The notes beneath the pieces are model-generated. The model ran no database searches and was not told the origin of the DNA. It worked only from the letters and a program-made list of their open reading frames with translations. Made by a program: the position numbers and the translations under genes. Positions 36,501 to 47,100 of a stretch of 64,000 nucleotides of DNA are shown one piece after another (position 1 is the first letter of the stretch; the number at the start of each line of letters is the position of its first letter). Location: the NCBI GenBank assembly GCA_002633005.1, contig NMRA01000389.1:248001-312000 (forward strand), given 5' to 3'. The DNA comes from Phoronis australis (lineage: Eukaryota > Animalia > Phoronida).

Positions 36501-37482
36501 TTTCGCTCAGTAATGCCAATGAATTTGACTTTCCCTTGTACTCAGTTGAGAGCTCTCCGTTTTCTAGCTCTGTGGCGACCTCCGTTGAAATTATTTTGTT
36601 GGTCAAATTTTAATTCTGCGTAGCGATATAGTCGAAGGTTTGATATTCAGTCTTTAGTTTCTAAAAATAATTAATCGATAATTTATTGATTATAGTTTTT
36701 GGCGGCCAAAACACTTCTAGGCCGGGCTTCCAAGTGTGTCTTCGTGCATAAAACTGAGTTTCAAAAACATTCTAGTTTAAATCATTGTGTTTACAAAAGC
36801 CTCAGTGCGTATTATTGTTGGATTTTCCCCTTAAAATTCAGCGTCACATAAACGTTTCTTTGTGGTTCTGGACCGCTTTGGTAGAGTATTTACACTTAAA
36901 CAACAGATGTACTGTCGAAATCATTAAGTCTATAATAGTTAATTGCTTTGAGCTGTGCGAAATGAATTGCTTCAATTTGCTACTTGCAATGATAAATATA
37001 TTCAGTTAAGATTTTCATTGGGCTCGTCAATTACATGTTACACATTTCTCTTATCAATTTCTCTCTCATTTGAATACGTCCTTCTAATTGTAAACTATAA
37101 GTAATTTATTCAATACCTCTTATTTTGACCAGCTTTATTCATCGTTCCCATTTGACTGTGTACTTTAAAATATTAAAATTATGCTTTATCTCAAAAGTTC
37201 AAAGCCTTTCTTTATTTTTTATTTATATAGAATCGTGATATGTTGGTTTCCCATCATGTTTTTTAAATAAATAACTTATTTCTTATCATCATATGCAATT
37301 TCATTGACATCGACCATATTTATTTTAAATAGTCTCCGTGGCCTCTTCTTGTAACGGTTTTGTACCTTCCTGTAGCCATCTAGAACCATCCGTGCTGTAA
37401 CATGGTTTGTATGTTTTTGTACATGGTTTTCCCCAAGCCTTTTATGCCTGCCGATGGGCGGGTCCGAAAACCTCGACTCCAT
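33600..37482 (-). pseudogene. Candidate decayed multi-exon gene or spliced lncRNA divergent from SEC24
   Basis: ATG ORF 37482-37276; exon-like blocks 36660-36386 (one in-frame TAA), 36321-36244 and 36114-36040 joined by canonical 64- and 129-nt GT-AG introns; further protein-like blocks near 34100-33600; no recognisable family. Confidence 0.3.
35002..35075 (-). mobile_element. tRNA-derived SINE head / tRNA-like relic
   Basis: A-box-like TAGCCTGGTGG and B-box GTTCGATTC at tRNA spacing, but the acceptor stem does not pair. Confidence 0.5.
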
Positions 37483-37529
37483 AACAAAAAAATTCCTGTT
37501 AACAGCGCTACCTGTTGATATATAACACA

Positions 37530-37727
37530 ACTAATGCCACGTCAAACTGTAATGCGCATGCTCCAGATAATACAACTTCCGAGATAGGACTTGGTTTGTC
37601 AACGAACTCGCTTTTTGTGAAATGAATTTTGAACTTTCTTCATGAAAACGCCGCCTTTAAGGCACTCTAGTGAAGCGGAGACGTTAACACACTAACTTTT
37701 TCATACATCCACCCTTCTCTTTTGTCG
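37530..37727 (+). promoter_or_regulatory. Probable SEC24 promoter and non-coding first exon
   Basis: GCCACGTCA (37536-37544), NRF1-like TGCGCATGCTC (37553), ETS-like ACTTCCG (37575), CpG-richer segment, donor gtaagt at 37728; matching acceptor at 40618. Confidence 0.6.
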
Positions 37728-38221
37728 GTAAGTCGATTCACACGATTCAAATTAAAGTTGAAAAGACCGGCGTTGTACTATATAATGTTGGTCATATTCG
37801 CATTCGGACATATTCTGAACTTAAGTAACAATTTCTTTTTAGTCTGAGACTAAAGAGACAGTGAGACTTTAGCCCTTGATAAAAATCAAACGTTCATTGA
37901 GTTATAACTACATACAGTAAAACAGTTAGTCATTGGATCAGTATCAGTGAATAGATTCCTCTAATACTAGTCTTAGACTTAAAACTAAGACTTAAGTCTT
38001 AGACTGCAGTCACCCTCAGACTAAGTGAAGTCAGTGAAGTAAAGTCAACATTTTGCTGTTGAAGTTTAAGAATGAAAGACTATTTATCACAGATCAAAAA
38101 TACCTTTCTCACGACACTTTAACATGATTGTTTTCTTTAAGAACGCTGCTTAGGTAAGTCAGGTATATATATTAGCTAAGCTGTTTTTTTTGTAAGGATG
38201 CTGATAGTGGGCATGTTGCAT

Positions 38222-38587
38222 CCCAAACTGATTTGGCAAACTTCAATTTGACACGGGTTGGTGAGCCAAATTTATGCTTGCGCCAAACTTAAGCTACTGT
38301 AAGTTCCAAATTACTGCCGAGTTTTTAACGATTATCAGAACTGAAATTGACAACAATGAGTATGGGGTGGTGAGTAGTAGTTGCTCAGGACACTTCCTCT
38401 CGTGTGACTAATCCATATGACGTCTGCATGCATGAGCACTTATTGTCATCAACGTCGGTCCTGATAAGAGTTCAAAATCTATAAACCACTTTTAGTAATT
38501 TGAGAACTTACTGTAACTCGTGTTAGCGCAGGTATCAGTGTGGCTAACCAACCCACGCCAAATTGAAGTGCGCCAAATCAGTTTGGC
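38222..38587. mobile_element. MITE-like element with about 47-bp terminal inverted repeats
   Basis: ccaaactgatttggcaaacttcaatttgacacgggttggtgagcca versus tggctaaccaacccacgccaaattgaagtgcgccaaatcagtttgg. Confidence 0.7.
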
Positions 38588-39390
38588 ACAAGCATCAGTT
38601 TGGGTTATAGGAAGCACATGAGTGAACTCAACAGTCACAGACTTGAACTAGGTAGCCTCACTATCACCTGTGGTCGACCCGGGTGTCAACAGGCGATATA
38701 ATTGCACAGCCTATCTTCAGTATGTGAGTCGAGCGTCCAAACCATTTTGCCGAGATGCAGTTGGCCATCAGCAAGGGATTTGAATCTAGGCTTTCTAAAC
38801 TGGACTGCACGTCTCACCTGGAACCAGAAAACACATGGGTCACTTCGTTTGACTTTCCTGAATAAAGATTTTTTGTTGAGTAATTGAATACAGGAACTGG
38901 TCACCAACTTTCAAGACAATCTGTAAATGGAAAAAAGTTGAATACAATTTCAGAAACCCACATTCTTTGGCAGCCCTTTTCCAGAACTGATTTAAATTTG
39001 AAAAGTTCCCTATGTTACAACCACGCCATCCAAAATAAATGCACTGTGTTTGTTAAAATTTTCTTATGGAACGTATAATCCTATAGTATTTGAAATTATT
39101 CATTTAAAAGATAGAGTTGGAACTTTGATAAGTGAGTTGGAGTTGGTCAGTGAATTGGTCAGTGAGTTGGGGTTTATTTTCTCAAATGTCAGCTTTCAAT
39201 CGAGGTACATCCCATCCACTCTGTATATTTTGATTCAGGTAAATTTTAGTTACATCTGCTGCATTCATCTAATGACCCATATTGGTCACAATGACCCACA
39301 TTTGTTGAAGTTGACAACTGGGTAATCATGAAAAAGCATGTAATGTTCACTGAGATCATTTTAAGCAAGTGGTACTAAATATTGTACACT

Positions 39391-39628
39391 AGCTTCTGCA
39401 AATCTGAGTTTTCTCAGATTCCTGTCTCATATGTCAAAAAAAAAACACTTGTACAGGCACACAATGTAACAGGTGCCTGATATTCATTGTGAAAATGAAT
39501 TTATGTGTTTTGTTCTCTTTGTTTTCGTAATGAACATCGGGCGGTTGTTGCATCGTGTGCCTATACAAGAGTATGTGTCTTTCTGAGTATATATGAGAGA
39601 ACTGTGAAAACTTGACTCCACAGAAGCT
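39391..39628. mobile_element. Fold-back MITE-like element
   Basis: agcttctg..cttgtacaggcacacaatgtaaca..ttcattgtgaaa is mirrored by tttcgtaatgaa..tgttgcatcgtgtgcctatacaag..cagaagct; related piece at about 6060-6170. Confidence 0.6.
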
Positions 39629-39639
39629 TAAATGATGTC

Positions 39640-40161
39640 ATTTTTGAGCAGCGAATTAAAGATTGTTTTTTACAAGACTGGATCTTTGCTGTGGAGAATA
39701 ACTCAAAACATAACACATATTCCTCATTTAAAATTGATTTTGAAATGCAATCTTATCTGTTGCGTGATATTCCGTATATCTTTTTAGCAGCTATGCCTAA
39801 ATTACGTTGCTCCAATCATAACTTGATGATAGAGTAAGGTAGACATGCTCTTGTGGACCAAAAATACTGTGTGTGTTGTTTCTGTGTGTCCCTAATTGAA
39901 GATGAATACCATTTCATATGTGTTTGTAAAAAGTACAGTTCTCTGAGAACTGCATTTATACCCGAGTGGTGCTGGTGTGAACCAAATAAACATAAATTTG
40001 TAAAGCTAATGAAAATGTCAGAGCCTATTGCTCATATCAATCTAGTGAAATTTATATTTCACGCCACTACCCTCAGGGAAAAGCTGCTCAGCGTTATCCT
40101 GTAAATTTTATGTAACATGTGGGCCAAGGCCTTAAATGTTAAAATAAATAGATACAGATAC
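39640..40161 (+). mobile_element. 3' end of a LINE (CR1/L2-like C-terminal Cys/His region), decayed
   Basis: FEQRIKDCFLQDW..KLRCSNHNLMIE*GRH..C..C..IEDEYHFICVCKKYSSLR; in-frame stop at about 39835; ends aataaa followed by a (gataca)n tail. Confidence 0.8.
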
Positions 40162-40678
40162 AAAAAGGACATCAATCGAGGTACATTTTCAAAAGAGGAT
40201 AAAATTTTCTACAAAATCAATACAATTTGAATGTTTAAATTGCTAGAGTAAACCTAGTGACTCTACTTTAGGTGTGTAAAAGTAATCAACCCAGTTCATG
40301 CCTGGGTTGAATGAGCACATTTTGTTTTTACCAAGTTCTCCTAAAATGTAATGTAAGGGCTCATTCGTAGCACCTTTATTGACCCAATGCTTGAGTTGTC
40401 GAGTAGCCGCAGTTTATACTGACATGGAATGGGGTGTTTCTTGTCAGTTTTTCCTGGAGTTATGCAACAGTTGTTAAAAAAATGTGTTTCATGTGCTGCC
40501 ACCACTGTAGTAGCTTACTTTTCTCATATTTCTTCAATTGGTAATGTAGCTGAAATTCAGGTTAAACATGTCAAATCATGGTTTTGTCGATGTGATTTTG
40601 CTTTACTGTTTGTTGTAGGCAAAACGTCATCCTTAGTCCAGGACTATCTTCAGCTGCATTTGACAGAAAATTACAAGT

Positions 40679-41192
40679 ATGAGAGGTCCGCCACCTCAGA
40701 GTTGGTCACAGCATCCAATGAATGGACAAACCGGTGGTCAGCCTCCCATGAGTGGCCACGCCCCTCAGTGGGCATCTCACCCTCCCCCAAGTGAGCAGCC
40801 ACCAGTTGGGCCACGTGCTCCTCCTCCAACAGGTCAAAGTCCATACTGGACACAGCCTCATCCCCAGGGTGCCCAGGCACTCAACCGGCCACCACATTCT
40901 GTGCCAAATGCACAGCAACCCCCACCACCACCATCACAGCAATGGTCTGCTCCAGCGGGAGGACCTCATCAAAACTGGAGACCACCACCGCCCGGTGCTC
41001 CAGGAAGTATTGGAAACATACCGCCTGCTGGAATTCCTCGTATGCAACCTCCGCGAATTGGTGACCAACCACCTCATTCCAACGCAGTGCAACCCAGGCC
41101 TGTGGCCATGAGACCAGGTCAACTTGATTCCTCGATGGTTAATGGACCGTCAACGCAGTCACCACCAGTGGCCATGAATCATTCAAACGACC
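40679..41192 (+). CDS. SEC24: SEC24 first coding exon (exon starts 40619)
   Basis: [13 protein letters not shown]...NHSND|gtgagt, Pro/Gln-rich. Confidence 0.85.
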
Positions 41193-44100
41193 GTGAGTTT
41201 TTTTGCAGAAATGGTTGGGGATTTGGTTTATAAATTTGTCATCTTTCATGCAGTATTGCATATAGTAGAAAAGTATTAATTTGATATGATATTTCTGCAC
41301 TCATGTCGCACCAAAAAAATGACTGCCAAAATTGTCACTTTTCATCCATTTTCAGAAACTGAGCGATTATCTTGCAAATAATGGATACTTCACAAACGTA
41401 GGTTGATCGATTCTGCACACTGCAAACCATGACAGGAATAGAATTAAGTTTTCTTGATCTATATTTTTGTGGAGAAATTTCACAAATAGGATTTCACTTG
41501 TCGGCAATATTGTGTCCTAAATAAGTCAAGAATTACAGTAATTATTATTAATAAATGATATTTTCATGCTACATTGGATTATACTACCAGCATTATATTG
41601 TAATTAACAGTGATGATAATAACAGTTTGATAAAATTAAACCAATTTTGTACAAAAGTAACTCGTGAAAATTCAACTTTTTCATTTTTCAAAGGCCTGCC
41701 TCGTGGTTGTAAATGCCCACAATATTTCAAAATAGTGTCTGATGTTACCAATGGTGTAGAACTTGAAGATGATAAAGCATTTATTTGATGGTCTATGTGT
41801 GTAATTATATAACCATATTGTGTCCTTAACTGATGCGATTTTACTGTACTAAAATGTCTATTCCCTTCCTTGCTACAAGCTATTGAACAAGCCTCGTTTA
41901 TTTTCCATATTTAGTTTCCAGGTAAGGTTTCATCTGTAAAGGCAAAAAACCTGTGTATTGCTTGCCACGCATGCTAGTGACTGTGGCAGGTGTTTTTCAG
42001 ACTGTCTAAATGAACATGCCACGACTACCATTAACTGCTGCAGGTGTTTCTTTTTCAGAACCTTTGGGTGGACTGCCAGTACCGTTTCATGGCCAAGCCC
42101 AGTACTCTCATCAACTTCATCTGCATGCTCAAACCACTGGGTCAACAACCCCCACTCCTGGTTCAGGTTTTATTTTCAATGTTCCTTTCTTCTAATTGCT
42201 GAATTTGTAAATTATTGTTTATGATTCATTACTCGTTTCTGTATTTGCCAAGCTGCTTGTAGGGTCATCCGAACATTTGGCAGATGTCTGTGTTTCCAGG
42301 ATTGTGTAGCTATCATTGTTTTTCAGATAGAACTAACTACTGCTGTGTTCCCTAGTGACAATTTTCAATAATTATCACCTCTTTTATCTTTGCTGTTTGT
42401 AATGCACACAGTTGAGGAGTGGAAATAACTCCTTGGCCATGCCTCTGAATTCCAACTACGATCCCATGAACACCATTGAATACCATTATCAATCCCACAA
42501 ATGCACCGACTTCACATATGCGCTGAAAATACTCCATACCCTGTGACCAAATTCTACTCCCTTGGAACAGATTCCTTACCCAGATCCTGGTCCTTATGCA
42601 AGGTTTGGTCCCGGGTATGCTGTTAGGTTACTGGGCTATGGAGTATAGGGGCATGGGTATGGAATTTCCACCCTGGGTTTGTTTGTTCTTGACTGGGGTA
42701 TAGAGGATAAAATGTGGAATTTAGAGGACTGGCCATGGAGTTGTTTCCACCCCCTCACAACGGATTTGTGTCAATGGTCTGCGTTGATCTTATGTTTGTC
42801 TTTAATCGTCTAGTACTGACTATAAGGTTATGTATTTGAAATTGGTTCAACTTATTCTCTGTCATGCCCCATGTATTCCAGATCCTCAGTCGAGAAAGTC
42901 CTCGCGAGGTCCTTCACCTGTCTCAAACCAGCAGTATGAAATGTTAGAGGGACAGTTCAATTCAAGTAAGCCAGGTATGCATGAGTAACAAAATTTTTAG
43001 CAAAATAGTTTGACATATATTTTAAAGGAAACAGAATTACACGATGCATGAATATAATTGGTCAAGATGTGACTATTTTGCTGTGACTTCATGGTTATTT
43101 CATTAATGAGATACTCTTTACTATCCCATTTAGTTTCAATGAATGTTTTCACCCATCATTTACATGAAAAACTGGTCATAATGTTCATTTATATAGTGCA
43201 AAACTGTGTAGATTGAATTTTGCATTTTAAATCAACAGGTACCCCTCAGCCTGGTATGCAGCCGCGGTCTGCTGTAATGAGGAACTCTCCTCAGTCACCT
43301 GGGAAATATTCGGCTAGTCCGCGCCAGATGGATGGTTTTATGGAGCAACCTGGTGCGGCGAACAGGCAGCTGTTTCAAGGTTTCCAAGCAGCATCTCATG
43401 GTGGCCAAACCCCACCTCTTGGTGGTCCACCTCCACCTCATGGCGGCCCAGTGCCACCTCATAGCAGCCAAGCTGCATCCTTTGGTGTACAAGCATCACC
43501 TCATGGGGGCCAAGCATCGTCTTACAATAGCCCAGCGCCACCTCTTGGTGGCCAAGCGCCACCTCTTGGTGGCCCAGCGCCACCTCTTGGTGGCCCAGCG
43601 CCACCTCTTGGTGGCCCAACACCTCTCGCTGGCCCAGCGCCACCTGTTGGTGGCCCAGCACCACCTCCTAATCAAACCATGCAACAACCTCCAACTGGCC
43701 CACCACCAGTCCATGGACAGCAACCCTCTAGACCACCATTTGCCTCTAGTGAGCCGACCGCCAGTCAACCCATTCAAACATCAGTGTCGGGACGAAGAGT
43801 GTATCCACAAATGGTAATTATTTAGACTCATCTTCACTGCGATTAACTTGTTAGTGCAACTCATTAACTGTTGCATTTTGAGTCATCAAATTGATACCAA
43901 TCATGTCATTACTTGTGAAATAGAATCTTGCTGACTTTCTCAAATTTGACAAAAAATCCTTGAAAGCACATATTGGTATTGCATGAACTTAAATCAAACA
44001 TTTATGGTCAAATTTTGATGGTTTCAAAAAGTCACATTTCCATAGAAAGTTTAAGAATACCACTTTTGTACTCATGGATCACTGTCAAGACTGCCTGTTG

Positions 44101-47100
44101 TTGTGGAGTCACCCTAATTCTATGTACTTTTAGAGGCTAAAATCGCTGTTTATTTTAAGATCTTATGGAATTTGATCATTTTATTCTCTTCCAAAATCAA
44201 GGATTCTCAGAGTTTAGAACCCGATTGGCAAACATAAAGGCAAAAACTCTAGAAAATGATGCAAGTAGTTGAGAGCACAAGATCCATCCCATAAGACATG
44301 TTGTGGGTGAATAATTTAATTTGCGTAATATGGACTTTTTCATAATTGGGTCAGTTGAAATGAGTTAGAATTGACCAATGAAAAGTGAACTGACTTTGCT
44401 TTGAATCGTATATTATCTGCTCTACCAACATGTTGATAGCGGAATATTGAAAGCAACTATTTCAAGGAATTAGATTACATTTAGACAACGGGAAATGGAA
44501 TTCATTGCTTATCGTCATTGAGAACCCAGGGTCTTACAGCATTGGCGTGGGTCAGGAAATAGAAGCAGATTTTGGGTTTTCTGGGTTGTGCTCCGGTGGG
44601 GAGAAATCAACCATGTCGACTGTGAGACATTGACGTGATGAGTGTTTTGAGTTGAAGACGATTTGAAACTGTAAATTGTTGTTTTTTTGGTGCATTACAC
44701 CATCTTTTGATTGAAATTGAAACTTTTTGGAAATACTTTTGCTTGCTAAATACGGGTTATTAGTACAAAGGTTACAGATTATGTGATAGGTGGGTTGTTA
44801 GCCCTACAATGTGACAAAAATGGGTTTAGTTAAAAGTTGTTTCTTCACGTATGTCTCTAAAACCAATTCCAATACACTACATCTCCCATCTTGTTAATCT
44901 TTGTAAACTCTAACATTGATATAGCCTCAGCAGCAGCAGCCACCACAGCAGTGGCAACAGCAACAGCCGCAGCAATGGCAGCCCCAACAATCACAACAAC
45001 AGAATGCCATGCCTGCACCCCATCCAGCCAGGCAAACTACTCCCGGGGATATGCAGTCTTCTTATCAGTCACATCAGCAACCTACAAACAGTTACGGTGG
45101 TTATCAGTCGGGCCTCAACTCTACGTTTGGAAGGATGCACATGGGGGTATGTACGAGTGCGCCTTCGTTCTTGGTGCATCCTGGGGTTGATAATGAAATG
45201 TTGCTTGAGTTCCATACCTTTCTGGACGTATGTCATTTGTCTAGATAAACATGATAGTTAGATTCAAGATTACATTTTACATCGAAGCTCTTATCATAAT
45301 ATAGTATGTTTATTCCCGCTTATTTAGAGTACCACCTCTTGATATGGGAAACACTTTTCTCCTTTTGTAAGCTGCTTTAAATGGCTGCCTAAGCACAAAA
45401 GGGTGTTAGTCTATTAGTTTTTAAGTCCTTCCTGCCTTGTCTTGTGTGTGGGATTGTCACACGAGGCATTACTAGAGGTATGATTGGATTCGGCCAGTGA
45501 AGTCGCAGATCCTTGTCTTGTCTTTTAGAGTGACGCAAGTGTTGTGAATTTACTGCATGAAAAGCACCTGATACCTCCAGAGGGCGTTGAAACACCACGG
45601 CCATGTCTACAGAATGATTACAAGAAAGTCAACTGCAGTCCGGAGTAAGTAATTTTGTGCTGATGTTTTGTTTTCCACTCCTCTACCTGTGTTCTGGGTG
45701 AAATGTCTGGGGATATCATTACATTAGAATTCTTACTTTTGCTTTAGTACGAGAATGCTCCTGAAGGACATTACTATTTGCTGAGGTTACTTGTGATAAA
45801 GCCGCTTTTTGTATGAGGTTGTGTTAGAGTGTTGTTACGACGTGCTACATAATGACGCTCGTGAAGTTTTTTACCACGATTGTGAAGTGAGAAGTTTATC
45901 TTGCCAATGAATGGTTTTCATTATTTGTATGCATTGTTGTTTTCAGTGTATTTCGCTGTACGTTGAATGCTGTTCCGCAGACACAGTCACTTCTATCCAA
46001 ATCAAGGTTACCACTGGGGATACTGATTCATCCTTTTAAGGATCTGTCTGTAGGTTTACATTTCAATAGTATTTTAGACATTCTTTATAGCCTAACAAAA
46101 ATACTGTTATAGGATGAATTAGTCTCGAATGAGATATTGGGGATATGTTTGAAAACGCCGACTTTCATTTAGAAAGTAGCGAATGCCTGGGGATATGTTT
46201 GAAAGTGCAGACTTTATGCCCAGGTGTGTCATTATTGTTGCTGGTGCTCGATGCAAAATTTCCCAGGACATTCTGCGCAGTGACATGCCATTACAGGAAC
46301 CTTGAATGTGTTTATGATTGTAGAAAAGAGCTGACTTTTTCCAGTTGAAAAAGTTAAGCATTTGTTTCCGTTTCCTTTCACACTGAGATTGTTTTAGAAT
46401 TCAACTGGGCAAATATAAATTACATATAATACAATGCATTTTTGTGAAACTGTTGTTGTGTATATATAGTTTGGCGGGCTTGTTTGCGGAAAACCATGGT
46501 GCTAGTTAATTATTTAGGCCCTACTCTAGTACGTATATCTTGTACGTTTTCAGTCTCTACCTGTAATACAGTCCAGTGTGATAGTTCGCTGTCGTTCGTG
46601 TAGGACCTACATCAATCCATTTGTTACGTTTGTTGACCAGCGGAGGTGGAGGTGTAACTTGTGTTTCCGGGTTAATGAAAGTACGTATGACCACTTGTTT
46701 ACTTTCACTGTTAATGAAAGTATGTATGACCACTTGTTTACTTTCACTGTTTTCTTACTTTGTACTTTGTAAAGTTGGGACAAATGATTCAGTTTTAGTT
46801 ACGTTAATAGGACAATAGTTATTGTTTTTACGTGTTCTCGCTATATTTTGTTTGGATTTAGAAGTAGTGGTGCCTGTGTATCTGCAACTTGGGGTCACGA
46901 AGTCAAATGTAAGCTGACAGATTGCCGACCATCCAGTGTGTACGACAAATTGGTGGCAACTGTTATTGTGTAGGCCAACAGTAATTGGAGAAAATAAATT
47001 TCCTGTCATAACGGGCAATGACGCGTTGTGGAGGTCATTGTATCTACTTTGATGGTGAATTTTGCTTGCCCTCAGCCATAATTTGGGTCATTTTGTCTGG

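Noticed and set aside
41823-41830. Perfect U12 branch-point sequence tccttaac
   Set aside because: No (A/G)TATCCT U12 donor found upstream in this intron; the gtatctat donor at 49164 also fails the U12 consensus
40429-45261. Overlapping and antisense ORFs over the SEC24 N-terminal exons
   Set aside because: Shadow frames of GC-rich, Pro/Gln-repetitive coding sequence
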